From Trichoplax adhaerens (Eukaryota; Animalia; Placozoa), in assembly GCF_000150275.1 (NCBI RefSeq), contig NW_002060947.1, positions 1,295,199 through 1,359,198 on the forward strand: a DNA stretch of 64,000 nucleotides, given 5' to 3'. The notes under the pieces were generated by a model. That model was not told where the DNA came from. It did not search any database and saw only the letters and a list, made by a program, of their open reading frames with translations. Shown piece by piece: positions 30,490-43,630 of this stretch. Position 1 is the stretch's first letter. Each line of letters starts with the position of its first letter. The translations under genes were made by a program, and so were the position numbers.

Positions 30490-31890
30490 GTTGCTCTAGT
30501 CTCTTGACGGACTTTTTCGCCATCCTCAAAGTTGTTTTTCGTCATGGCGCTCCAATTCATTCTATATACTAGTCTCTTGACAGACTGGATAACCATGGAT
30601 GATGTTTTTAGTTATGACTATCTGCATGGCAAGTACCATTTCCACTGCCTGTCTATGCGATGCCAGGGAATAGGGTATAAAATAATATACGCGTAGATAG
30701 AATTCTATTCTCGTTTCTTGACGGACTTTTTCGCCATCCTTAAAGTTGTTTTTCGTCATGACGCTCCAATTCATTCTATATACTAGTCTCTTGACAGACT
30801 GGATTACCATGGATGATGTTTTTAGTTATGATTTATTTCCATGGCAAGTACCATTTCGACTGCATGTCCAATTGTCCATGCGATGCCAGGGAATAGGGTA
30901 TAAAAAATAATATACGCGTAGATACAATCCTGTTCTAGTCTCTTGACCGACTTTTATCGCCATCCTTGAAGATGTTTCGGTCATGATGCTCCAATTCATT
31001 CTATCCTAGTCTCTTGACGGACTTGATCACCATAGCTAGTACCATTTCCACTGCCTGTCTATGCGATGCCAGGGAATAGGGTTTAAAATAATATACGCGA
31101 GGATAGAATTCTATTCTCGTCTCTTGACCGACTTTTATCGCCATCCTTGAAGATATTTCGGTCATGACGCTCCAATTCATTCTATATACTAGTCTCTTGA
31201 CGGACTTGATCACCATGGATGATGTACGTTTAGTTATGATTTATTTCCATGGCAAGTAGTATTTCCACTGCATGTCTATAGATACTATGTCAGAGAATAG
31301 GGTATAAAATAATTTACGCGTAGATACCATTCTATTCTAGTCTCTTAACCGATTTCTCGCTATCCTTGAAGTAGTTTTCAGTCATAACGCTTTAAATAAT
31401 TGTGTACTAGTCTGTTGACGGAGAGATATAATTTACTCTGTATGTGATGTTTCTATCATGCAATGTAGTACAAAATCATTCTATTCTACTTTCTTGACGC
31501 AATTAATTACTATCGTTGATGACGTTTTGACTCTCGATAGCGTAGATGTAAACTAGATTGCATATGATGCTTTATTTATCAGGGAACGTAGAACAAAATA
31601 ATAATTCTATATCGCCATCGTGCAAGATATTTTTTTACACTGCATGTATGCTTTGCCAAGGAGTGGGATACAAACATGATGCAATGATAATTTCTTGACA
31701 GAATGGATCACCATCATGGACGATATTTTCAGTCATGATTCTCTGGATGGCAGATGCAATTTACACTATGACTCTCTCCATAGCAAATACAATTTACAAA
31801 GCATGTTATGCTTTGCCAGAGAGTGGGATACAAACATGATGCAATGGCAGTTTCTTGACGGAATGGACTACTATCATGGATGATATTTTC
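30490..31890. repeat. Composite tandem array with alternating ~72-bp and ~110-150-bp subunits, decaying rightwards
   Basis: Anchor CTAGTCTCTTGAC or variants at about 30496, 30569, 30710, 30783, 30935, 31006, 31116, 31189, 31337 and 31407. A related ~160-bp dimer lies at about 31648 and 31808. Confidence 0.9.
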
Positions 31891-32092
31891 TGTCCGGATT
31901 GACTAGGGAACATACTACAAAAATAACTTTCCTCGTCCATTTCCTTCTATCAATCATAGCACAGTAGAAGGGTAGGATAATATTGTACGCGTATGAAGTG
32001 AAATGGTCCATTTCTCAACAAGCTGATTAAACTGAAGCATCCATCAAATAGTAAATGGTACTTGTTGTATTTCTTGTTCTTCTTATTGAGCC

Positions 32093-32188
32093 NNNNNNNN
32101 NNNNNNNNNNNNNNNNNNNNNNNNNNNNNNNNNNNNNNNNNNNNNNNNNNNNNNNNNNNNNNNNNNNNNNNNNNNNNNNNNNNNNNNN
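32093..32188. other. Assembly gap (96 N)
   Basis: Run of N characters. Confidence 1.
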
Positions 32189-33842
32189 GGGTCATAAATA
32201 AAATAAGCTAGAGTACAGAAGTTGTTTGTTAAGTAGACACCATTTCAATAATTAACTACAGTATTGTTGGCTACAAGTTTCCAACTGCTACTGCGACAAC
32301 ATAACTAGCCATGCTAATGGTTGCTTGGACAGTAATGCATAGCTCTTGCTCAAAATCAGTAATGAGGTCGATTAATAGATTGTGTTAGCAGCCGACGGTA
32401 TTTCAACTTTTTCATGGCAAAAGTAAAGTTATTCCTGCTATGTATTTTTTTTAGCATGGTACTATTTCGTTCTCCTTGACACGGTTACTTTAGCTTGATT
32501 GCAACCCTTACAAGACATGGAATATCCTCAACACACACGATTATTTAAGCTATCCGCTATCATATTGAAAATGCACTTGTTACTATCTATCCTACGATCA
32601 TTTGCGATAGATTCGCTGCAAATGATTGACTTGCTGACTCCATAATTCATGGAAGAAATGCATGCCAAAAGGTAAATAATCCTTTATGTCTTCAACCGTT
32701 AATTACCCTACGCTTGGCACATTTCGACCAAGTACTTTCAACTTTATTCTATGTCGTCATAAACGTAAAAGTGATGGACCTCCTAGACCTTCCCAAGGGG
32801 TAAAAGCAATAATGCATTAATGGCAGCGTTCTACTTCACCATGTTGCTCTTCTGGCTAGTTTGCTTATACATGAAAATAAAGTCATCAAATATGAACTCG
32901 AAGGTTAAAGATAGAATAGTCCGAAAAATACTGCAGCTGGATGTTGCACTTTCTTCTTCTCGTATTATTGATTTCAATTTAGTTTACAAGTCGATTTTAG
33001 TAGCGACAGAATCAATCCAAAATGGCTCACTTTCTTCTGGTTGCAAATTAGTATTATTTTTTATGATTGACAAGTCCAACTTACTATTGGTAAAAGACAG
33101 TTAAAAGTCACGACAGAATCAATGCAAAAGAGCTTTACCAGGATGTCGCACTTTATTATGCTTACACTTGATTTGACAAGGAGATTTGAGACAGAGCATT
33201 ATTTTACACATTAAGCATGACCAAGATTGAAAGGGAAAGTATTCTTACAAAATTTTAACTGCAGATCGTTGACTTGACCTACGAAAGAGAAAAACAAGCA
33301 ACTTTACAATACCATAGGCCCAAACATGAACGATAAAATGATAAGCACCATTTTATTGATTCTCTTTCTGCCATCTAAACAGTTATTCTATTGAAATTGG
33401 ATGTTGTGTCCATGTGGATGGTAGACAAATGTCAACTAGGCTAAGACATATTGTCAACATGGAATACTTTGAATAGCAAAATTAAACATGGCAGTAGTGC
33501 AAGCCTTGCGACGGATTGTTGACAGGTGATTCAAGTCTAAAAGATCAAAATAGGAGAAGTAGACAATGGTGATTAATTGAAAATCAATATCTAAATGATT
33601 CCTCTCTTCAATAAGTAAACAAGTTAACTACCGTACGTCGTTAGGACCATCTATGGATGATGCCTAATGTCCCAAGCAAGTCAATGCTTTTGGCAGCTTA
33701 ATCCGATCGTGATTTGGGTATGGATGCTCAAATTTCTTGCATGTCGATCAGGATTTCGCCAGTATCCAACTGTAGCTTAAGATTGTGTTGATGGAACACG
33801 TTGCTAACTTTGAAAGGTGAAAAATTTCAACTAGTCAATCTC

Positions 33843-34082
33843 CATCAGCATGAATTAATTATCATGCACGAGAGAAGATTGTTGGAAGGAACAATAACAG
33901 ACGCTAATCTGTCTTTAGACGCAAGTGATTGCAAATTTGATGGTGCAACAAGCCACCCTTTCTAATCAATCTTCATCGACATGAATCAATTAATTATCAT
34001 GACGATAGGAGATTGTTAGAAGAAACAGCAACACCCACTAGTCAGTCTGTCTATAGACAAAAAACTGATGGCAAACTTGATT
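33843..34082. repeat. Degenerate ~130-bp dimer
   Basis: CATGAAT..ATTAATTATCATG...AGATTGTT.GAAG.AACA...TCTGTCT.TAGAC...GCAAA.TTGAT occurs twice. Confidence 0.7.
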
Positions 34083-34164
34083 AAAATGTCAGCTAATTTC
34101 TAGCCAACCTATATCAACGTTATTTCCATCTTGCCATGACTATCCATTGAGCCCTTCCGCCAAA

Positions 34165-34670
34165 ATGGGCTCTTGACGATGAGTGTAATAGAGATAGTTT
34201 GAGCCATTAATGTTGTAAATAGCGATTGCCCTTTCTACATTCAATTAGCCTCTTGACGATGAGTCTCATTGAGAAATTTTGAGCCATTAATGCTGTTGAT
34301 TTCATTCTTGCTGTAAATAGCGATTGCCCTTTCTACATTCAATTAGCCTCTTGACGACGAGTCTATCTCCGAGATTTTGAGCCATTAACGCTGTTGATTC
34401 CATTCTTGCTGTAAATAGCGATAGTCCTTTCTACATTAATTAGCCTCTTGACGACGAGTCTATCTCCGAGATTTTGAGCTATTAACGGCGTTGATTTCAA
34501 TCTTGCTGTAAACAGCGATTGCCCTTTCCACATGAAATAAGCCTCTTGACGACGAGTCTATCTCTGAGATTTTGAACCATGAACGCTGCTGATTTCAATC
34601 TTGCTGTAAATAGCGATTACCCCTTCCACCAGTAAAATAGGCTGTTGACAAGGAGTTTATTAGCTGGGGA
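34165..34670. repeat. Tandem repeat, ~98-bp unit, ~5 copies
   Basis: CTCTTGACGA(C/T)GAGT...TTTTGAGCCATTAA...TGTAAATAGCGATTGCCCTTTC, with anchors at about 34170, 34250, 34348, 34445, 34543 and 34642. Confidence 0.95.
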
Positions 34671-36945
34671 TTTTTTTGTCTTGTCGGCAAATGCAAGGTC
34701 AATGAATGTTATCCACTTTCCATTTACTCCATGGGAGTGATTCTCGACAATAGCAATTAAATAATAAGTTCATTTTGGAGATTGAAAATCGGCCAAATAA
34801 TAAGCTCATTATCCCCATCCACTAAGTCAATGAGCACAGGCTTAAGGGAATCATGGTTGGATCCAGTTGATCGATTAGACTGCATGTTGTCGGCGTCAAG
34901 TTGTTGATGTACAGTAAGCTTAGCCCCTAGCACTAGCACTCTTCAAGGCAAGGCTGGCATCCCACCACTTCTCCACTGATTTCTCTTCAAACAACGATCC
35001 AATTCCCCTTGCATGATCAATCCAACGGATTGAGTTTGTTGAAGCTGCATTAAGTCTTTGCGCTACTTTCCATCGATCAATAGAATGGATTAAATCCATG
35101 TCATGTCGTCAATGCATGCTTTGAAGATGGATTAGAAGGTGAATGTAGCCCAGAGTCTATTCCGGATATCCATGTTGAAAAGGATCAAGGAGTGGGGGTA
35201 GTGTTGGACTATGCTGGCTTAATTACTGTTGAAAAGATGCTGTCAAAATAGGCCAATGAAATAAGGTGCCATTGGAATCCATCTTGTTGTAGACGGGATA
35301 ACGTAAAGCATGAAAAGGAAGCAATCCCATTGGACAAGCTGTTGATCATTTACTGGAATGATTGGGAAAGGAGAATTTGCTCTTGCATTTTTTTTTCTTC
35401 AAGTGTAGAGAATTGAATTGAAATGGAGCCCCCCCCCCCCAAAAAACAAAATGATCCATTGATTAATCAGTACAAATAAAGTCAGAATGTCAATATTCTT
35501 ATATGGCCAGATGGAGATTGAAAAGAGTGTAGGAGTTGAAAACATTTCCTTTTGTGGCGTAATGCCATGGTAGTTGATGGAAGCAAGCTGTTTCCATTCT
35601 CGTTTTAGCCATGTAGAATAGGGGTATGGGCATTTTGTACTAGCGATCAAGATCGAGGGCAAAATGAAAGTACCAAAATAGAAATAGAAGGAAAACAACA
35701 AGGTGTTGCAGACCATTTGCATAAGAAATAGAGAATGTATTTTTCAGCTTTATTCTCCATAGCCAAGTTGTCCTAGGCTGGCTTGATAACATGACGTTGA
35801 AAATGGAGTAAGGTTAGGCTTGAATGATTGCTATCTCTCTTGCCTAGAGAGGAATGGATCGGATGATGTCCGCTTGTTGACATGATTTTATACTCTACTT
35901 TTGGGGGCAGCCTAAAATGGCCAATGCCCTATTCCATTGTGATCGTTGGAAATTAGCTTGGTTAAAGGAGAAATGATGGTCAACGACAATGCTGTCCAGT
36001 CGAGAATGGCTGTGGAAATTCGGCTTTGATGTCCTCTATCTCCCTCTATCCTAAATGCAATCCAAGACGCTGTGATCGCTGGCAATGTCGCCATGCAAGG
36101 GGAAATTGATTTACTGACGACATTACTCTCTCCAATGGAGGATTGCCATCAACATAAGCTTACAACCATTCTCTTTCCATTGGAGGATTGCCATTGAAAT
36201 GAGCCAACGACATTCTACTCTTGATAACCACTGTGCAATACCATTGAAATCAAGTTAAAATGACGATAGGGAACAGCGTCCATGAGGAGGAGGAAGATGA
36301 TGTTGTTGTGTCGAGTTTTATTTGCTAATGATTGAAAGACAAAGCTGCAGTTCTAATTACCCCCATGATGACGACTATTGCCCATGCTGTGATAGCCAGT
36401 AGAAAGGCAATTAGGCAGCCAATGAGTAGTGGACTAGTATGCAAGCCATGTCCGCTACAACAAGCAAACAAAAACAAGTGCAAAAGATGGACAATATCAC
36501 ATTAGAAAGATGAAAGTGAATCAAAAGTAATTGAAAAAAGATTGATTGTCAATAAATTGCAAGACAAAAATTATCATAATAATACTTTACAGTCAATAAG
36601 AGACAAATAAATAATGCAAAGCGTTGAACAAGAGTAAGGACAAATGGACAACACTTGAGGGGGGGGAAGAAGGAGGAAAAAATAAATAATAATCATGTTG
36701 TATCATCTAATTAGGCTAATTTTCATTCTTGAAATTGCACCTACACAACTTGCTTGTCCATCATCTCGCTCCTTACCGATAGTATAAATGGTGCTGTAGT
36801 CTTGTCGATGCAAGGCCATTTTCTTTTTCTTTCAGTCTTTTTCCTTTTCTTTCTCTTTCCCCGATCGCAAAATCCAATTGCCAATTTTTTTTTCCATCCT
36901 CGTCCCTTTTCTACATGGTGTTGCCATTGAGTTTGGCCTGAGTGG

Positions 36946-37030
36946 GCTATCGTTGATTCTACTCTCTCTCTCTTCATCGTCTTGACCTGATTGCGCTATC
37001 GTTGATTCTACTCTCTCTCTTCATCGTCTT
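36946..37030. repeat. Short direct duplication (~40 bp)
   Basis: GCTATCGTTGATTCTA(CT)nTCATCGTCTT occurs twice, differing in CT count. Confidence 0.85.
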
Positions 37031-37492
37031 CTTCCTATCGACCCGGCTGGCAAAAAATTGAAAAGTTGCTCTCCATCCATCCATCACTGGAGATCGATTG
37101 CTATCCGTTATTTGCCTATCCATTCATTGCCAAGCAGAGGAGAAAATTGCTTTCTTCATTTTCTCGCTGCCTGTTTATTCTCCAACACCAACAGCTAGCC
37201 GATGGCGATTGTTGGATGATGATTCTTGTTGCGTCGTAGTTGATCTATTCTTGAAATAGCTTTGGCTGGGGTAGTGCGTCTCCACAGCAATAGTATTATT
37301 TCCTGATTGGCATTGGCTATATTGGTTCACTTGAATTATCCTCTTTGCTTTCATTTAGAGAGCAATAGCGCGGCATTGAAGTGCAAGTTGCGCCAAGCGT
37401 AGCAAAATTCTCTCTACCCTATTGCCTTAGCCGTGGCCAACAAGGCAAACTTGCATCGCTTAATTGATTTCATCAATCAAGCGGTTGATGAA

Positions 37493-38050
37493 GCAAGAGT
37501 CATCGTTTGAATCAATCTTGTTCAGCAAGACTAATCGTTTGAATCAATCTTGTTCAGCAAGACTAATCGTTTGAATCAATCTTGTTCAGAAAGACTAATC
37601 GTNTGAATCAATCTTGTTCAGCAAGACTAATCGTTTGAATCAATCTTGTTCAGCAAGAGTCATCGTTTGAATCAATCTTGTTCGGCAAGACTAATCGTTT
37701 GAATCAATCTTGTTCAGAAAGACTAATCGTTTGAATCAATCTTGTTCAGCAAGACTAATCGTTTGAATCAATCTTGTTCAGCAAGAGTCATCGTTTGAAT
37801 CAATCTTGTTCGGCAAGACTAATCGTTTGAATCAATCTTGTTCAGAAAGACTAATCGTTTGAATCAATCTTGTTCAGCAAGACTAATCGTTTGAATCAAT
37901 CTTGTTCAGAAAGACTAATCGTTTAAATCAATCTTGTTCAGAAAGAGTAGTCGTTTGAATCAATCTTATTCAGCAAGAGTAATCGTTTGAATCAATCTTG
38001 TTCAGCAAGAGTAATCGTTTGAATCAATCTTGTTCAGAAAGACTAATCCT
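37493..38050. repeat. 32-bp minisatellite, ~17.5 copies, with a 128-bp higher-order unit
   Basis: Unit G(C/A)AAGA(CTA/GTC)ATCGTTTGAATCAATCTTGTTC(A/G), head-to-tail with no spacers. Confidence 0.98.
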
Positions 38051-39773
38051 TTAAGGAAATACGCTGGGGAAAGAGAGAGAGGGAGAGAGAGCTATTTCAA
38101 CCTTGTCTAAACTCGTCTTTGCTCAGTGGATTGATCCATCGTCGTCTTGGTCAAGCAGCAAGCACTGATTTGGATCTTGGTTAAAATCGATCGATCAGTC
38201 CATTTCCATCATCCATCATGGCGCATTGCCAGCAACGCTCGCGTACGAGGAGGAAGAAAGCTTTCAACCAAGTCAAGGGTAAAGTACAAGTTATTTTACT
38301 CTCCATTCCTATCCTATCCGATGTATTGTCGTTGTTTTTTTTTTCTTGATGGCCTCATCTTTCCTTTCTTTTTTTCTTCTTTTATTCATCTTTCTCGATC
38401 ATCCCCTAATTCTATTTCCACTTGAGCCTTGTCACATTTTGATGTCGAGTCTTGTGATCGTCAAGATCAATCGGGGACAGAACAAGGCTTTGAGGTTGTT
38501 TCTTTTTCGATTCTTTTTTGGGGGGGAGGAGGGGAAAAGGAAACAAGGCCAAAGCCATTTTGACTTGCAACAACAAAAGTGGAATAGAAACTTTGAATAG
38601 CCAGCCATATTTGTTTGCATACTTTGCATGGCCCAAAATAAGATGTTTACCCTTGGCTGTGTGTGTCTGATGGCTTACGGCATGATTGATGGAAAGAGTT
38701 GGATGGGGTTTTGTGGAGTCATTTTCCATGGGGATTTTGTGCTAGTTAGGACGATGGCTAATGTAGTTTGTATCCTTTTTGTACCTTGAATGAGATCGAA
38801 AGTGATGCCATCTTGTCGTTCTTTCTCCCCATTTTTGGTTCCATTACTTGCATCATCATTATTATTGGATGGTAGGGGGAAATGAAGGAATAGCCTGGCG
38901 TTGTTTCCATCTTGATTTCCAGTTCATCTATGGCATGGGTTTTGTAGACGCCATGTTGAATTACTTTCAAGCTGATTGAAGATAGTTTGTCGATTCTTTC
39001 CATTGCCTTTCTTGTATAATAGTCGATTGCGTTGGTCATGTACTAAGTTAGCCTCCATCATGGCCAATCGTATGTTGAACTTGTAGTCCTGGTTGGATAT
39101 CCCTTCATTTACTACGCTATCATGGATTACTGCCATGACCCAAGAAGGACCTTGGAGAAGGACATTTGTCAACACCTTTGATTTACTCATGTCCAAAATC
39201 CACATGGTGCCCATGGTTGTGGATAAAGAAGGATTCAGTCTATTCAACATGATGTTGTTTGCCATGACTTTTCCTGTTGAAATATGATGCCTATCGAGGA
39301 TTAATGCATTGCCTTAACGATTGTAGTATTGTCGATAGTTTACTTTGCCATCAGCGCTATTGAACTAGGGTTGACAAGAAAGTCAATTGCCTTGTGAATA
39401 TGAAGAAATCTGTTGTAGACACTAAAGGAATTGGGCGTGGAGGGAGAACAAGACGACACTTGGCAAATATCCACAAACGACTGATGCAATAGTTTATTTG
39501 AACTATCAGGCTAGCCCTGATTGCTATCAAACATCCACTTGGCATTGGTAAAGTCTGCATATTGTCAATGGCATTGCAAGTTAATGAAGGAGATTGTTGG
39601 TTAAAGGATGCCATTAACCAACAATCTTGCTGTCATGACAATCATTCCACAAGACATTGATTTTGTGTTGACAGAGTCCAAATGCAGTTTTACGAATGAG
39701 CAAAGTGTTGGTATTACTCCTTCCATTTCCATGATTATCCCTGTTGGGCATCCATTTGCCACTGAGCACAGTA

Positions 39774-39921
39774 CATGAATTTAGCATGAGCACAGGACAT
39801 TGGTTTAGCATTGAGAACAGGACATTGGTTTAGCATGAGCACAGGACATAAATTTAGCATTGAGAATAGGACATGAATTGAATTAGCATTAAGAACAAGA
39901 CATGAATTTTAGCATTGAGAA
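39774..39921. repeat. 24-25-bp minisatellite, ~6 copies
   Basis: TTTAGCAT(T)GAG(C/A)ACAGGACAT repeated. Confidence 0.9.
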
Positions 39922-40249
39922 AATGGCGAACCAATGCAGTGTGTCCACTTTGGGCTGGAAGAAATAAATTGATGGTTGTTGTTATTTTTCTGCCATGAAT
40001 GATGACTTATCGTCCAAGGCGATCGAGATTTCCCTCTCTGTTGAGAGAGGGAAGGAGGTAAAATACACAGTCCAAAGTTGGCAAATCAAAGGTACTGGCT
40101 AGACTTTGAATCTATCTGTCTCCTGTAGTCTACATGACATTGATTATTGTTGTACCCAGAGAGGAAAAAGTGCAAATTGATTTTGGATGGAATGAATGAT
40201 TGCATCTGTCTTATGACCAACATCAACATGATATTGATTTTATGTTGGA

Positions 40250-40610
40250 GCGAAAATGGAGTAGAAAGTCGAGCTAGGCATAGACTCGATTGTATGTATA
40301 GTAGTAGAAAGGGTTCCCTTTGAGTTTATGTTGAATTAGAACGAAAATGGAGTATATTAGGCATAGACTCGATTGTATTTATGGTAGAAGAAAGGATTCC
40401 ATCTTGTCGCTACACGATATTGGTTTGTGTTTCAATGAGAACTAAAATGGAGTATCCAGTCTAGCTCGGTATAGACTGGATTGTATTTATACTAGTAGAA
40501 AAGATTCCATCTCTCTCGTCACTACCGTCCAACACAATATTGAATTTGTGTTGAGAAAGAACAAGGAGAGTTTAAATGGAGTGCAAAGTCGAGGTACTGC
40601 TTGGACTTGA
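40250..40610. repeat. Degenerate repeat, 3-4 copies, 90-130-bp spacing
   Basis: AAAATGGAGTA...TAGGCATAGACTCGATTGTAT...GTAGAAAG..TTCC at about 40251, 40342 and 40442, with a partial copy at 40575. Confidence 0.8.
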
Positions 40611-40679
40611 AAAAATGAATCAATCTCTCTCTCTCTTGACAATTTGTCCTTTAACGTTGAGAAAAAATGGCCAAACTTG

Positions 40680-41320
40680 CTACCACTACGAGATTGAAAA
40701 ATGATTGAACAACAAGCTACCGCATAACTTTGCAAAGGTCCGAATAACTTTGCAAAGGTCCGAATAACTTTGCAAAGGTAAAACTACCAGTAAAAGAGAT
40801 GCGACTACCACTAGGAGATTGAACAACAAGCTAGCGAATAACTTTGCAAAGGTAAAACTACCAGTAAAAGAGATGCGACTACCACTAGGAGATTGAACAA
40901 CAAGCTAGCGAATAACTTTGCAAAGGTAAAACTACCAGTAAAAGAGATGCGACTACCACTAGGAGATTGAACAACAAGCTAGCGAATAACTTTGCAAAGG
41001 TAAAACTACCTGTAAAAGAGATGCGACTACCGCTAGGAGATTGAACAAGCTACCAATGAACTTGGCAAAGGTAAAACTACCACTAAAAGAGATGCAACTA
41101 CCACTAGGAGATTGAATAAGCTACCAATGAACTTGGCAATGGTAAACTACCACGAGGAGATTGAAAAATGATTGAACAACAAGCTACCCATGAACTTTGC
41201 AAAGGTCCGAATAACCTTGCAAAGGTAAAATTACCACTAAAAGAAATGCAACTACCACTAGGAGATTGAAAAATGACTCAACAACAAGCTACACATGAAT
41301 TTTGCCAATGCAAAACTATC
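40680..41320. repeat. 74-bp tandem repeat (~8 copies) with a nested 20-bp sub-repeat
   Basis: Unit ACTACCACTAGGAGATTGAACAACAAGCTAGCGAATAACTTTGCAAAGGTAAAACTACCAGTAAAAGAGATGCG at 40804, 40878 and 40952, with more diverged flanking copies. ATAACTTTGCAAAGGT(CCGA) is tripled at about 40724-40780. Confidence 0.95.
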
Positions 41321-42207
41321 AATAAAACACATGTAAGGAATGTGTCCATTGAAAGGGGACAAATCAACTTTGAAAAGCCCAAAACTGGGGCAGCTGCAAT
41401 TCAAACTCGATCCAACCGATAGAGTGGCAATCAGTGATTGAAATCTTTTGCCAACAGTCCATTCATCCATGGATTGCAAAGGAAAATCATCAGAGTCATG
41501 GATACAGGAAGCCATCCATGTGTGGGGCAAAAGAAGAAAATGGCGACAGCAAAACGGATAGACTACTCATGACAAGGTGATGGAAGATAGTATCCATCTA
41601 ATATTGAATAACTGCCAACAGTCCAGGGATCCATGCCATTGGCAATATGGCAGCCATTTGCCCATGGGATCCATCTTGAGGATAGTGCTTTGATCCAGTG
41701 TCCATGAGGAAAAGCCAAAAATACATCTTGAAGATGGCAAGCAGAATAGGTGGCGAATAACATCCACTTGGCTCACTTTGAAAGGGTATACAGCAGAATC
41801 TTGAGTTATTGCATGATAGGTGGCATCATTTTATTTCCAACCTGGTTGATATCCTTTCCTGTCTGTGGACAAGTTGAACACCTTGCTTTGATAGATATCC
41901 ATCCATCTCCACAGCTTTGCTTACTGTCTTTTGCAGCAACGATGGCTTGCTGTTTATGGCGTCCTCTTCCCTTTGAATATCGTATAAGCTCGATTGGCAA
42001 AGGAAAGCACTTGTCCGTTTTCAACGTTGCTTCTCTTCATGTCAACGATGATCAACCTTAATGGAAGAGAGAGAGACAGTCATTGGCCTTACTAATACAA
42101 CCAACATGAAGAGAAAATGGTCAAGTAGAGAGTAGGGACAAGGTTGATTTTCAAGCTTGAAAACCAATCTACATGGTCGACCTTTTCAACCTTGCGTTGA
42201 TCCATTC

Positions 42208-42431
42208 TAAATGTCTCTCCTCCATCCTAACCCATGGACTAATGGACCAATGGTTCATAGCAATGGCCGACAAGACTGTCTTCGTCCAACGCTTGGATAA
42301 GGCATGGAGAGAATAAATTGTAAATGTCTCTCCTCCATCCTAACCCATGGACTAATGGACCAATGGTTAATAGCAATGGCCGACAAGACTGTCTTCGTCC
42401 AACGCTTGGATAAGGCATGGAGAGAATAAAT
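42208..42431. repeat. Recent 113-bp tandem duplication
   Basis: Copies start at 42208 and 42321 and differ by one visible substitution (GGTTCAT versus GGTTAAT). Confidence 0.95.
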
Positions 42432-43104
42432 GGCCTAGACATGATCGCAATGCCCTTGTACCCTAATTGATTTGCCCTTGTTGTATCTTGTTGTCGATTA
42501 AACAGAAAACAACTGCAATGCAATCAATCGCTTGAGCTCCATCCAGTTGGTTAGCCATTGGCAGCCAAGGAAGGCAAAACGATGATGGCAATCATCCACC
42601 ATGATGATGGGCTGCATCCATTCCCTGCATGCAATACTTGTTGTCCCATGGCTACAATCCATTGCCTGCCATCGTCTTGATTGCATCTTTTGTCGCCATT
42701 TTCAGGGGTAGAAATGCAATCTTTTTCTATAGGCAGCATTGTTTTCTATGGGATTATTTCCTTCTCCTTTTACCTCTACCTTTCAAAGGATCATTTGTCT
42801 TGCATTTGCTGTTGTCCAGTTGCAATTGAATTTTTTTGTTCTCCATGTTGTACACAACATTTGGCTTATTATATAGGAGAATGATGGAATGATTATAGGG
42901 CAATGGGGGGGAAGAGAGATTGAACAAAAAATAATAACAAGGGCAGAAACAAATCAATCGACTCTAAGCCAAGGATTGATTTTGCAATAGAATGGATAGA
43001 TATAATCAGAGTCTTGTTGCTATTCTATCCTTGTTGATGGCTTGCATCAATGGACGATTGATCCATTGATGTTGAACAATTTTTCCTCTACTTGTACTGG
43101 TTCT

Positions 43105-43630
43105 TTTGAATCTTGATTTTCCGACATTTTCTTCTTCAAGAAATTCATCTCCCGATATTGTCTCCTATCATTGATTGCCATCAGTCTTGCTTACGAGACC
43201 ACTGGCCACTTTCTTTTGAGCCTTGATTTTCCGACATTTTCTTTTCAAGAAATTCATCTGCCGATATTGTCTTCTATCATTGATTACCATCAGTCTTGTT
43301 GAAAAGACCACTGGCTATCTTGAGCCGACATTTTCTTTTCAAGAAATTCATCTCACGATATTGTCCTATATCATCCAATATTGCCAACAGTCTTGTTGAA
43401 AAGACCACTGGCGATCTTGAGTCTTGATTTTCCGATATTTTCTTTTTAAGAAATTCGTCTCACGATATTGTCCTATATCATCCATTGCCAACAGTCTTGT
43501 TGAAAAGACCACTGGCTATCTTGAGTCTTGATTTTCCGACATTTTCTTTTTCAAGAAATTCATTGCCATCAGTCTTGTTTACAAGACCACATCATCATTG
43601 AAACGTTGCCAACAGTCTTGTTGAAAATAT
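43105..43630. repeat. Tandem repeat, ~100-110-bp unit, ~5 copies, decaying to about 43800
   Basis: TCTTGATTTTCCGACATTTTCTTTTCAAGAAATTCATCTC.CGATATTGTC...CAGTCTTGTTGAAAAGACCACTGGC at about 43111, 43221, 43323, 43422 and 43526. Confidence 0.95.

Noticed and set aside
34165-34670. Hammerhead ribozyme in the 98-bp satellite (TTGACGA...GAAA)
   Set aside because: The core lacks the conserved C, GAAA is not kept across copies, and the three stems cannot be formed.
37493-38050. CRISPR array (32-bp repeat)
   Set aside because: Units are head-to-tail with no unique spacers, there are no cas genes, and the context is eukaryotic.
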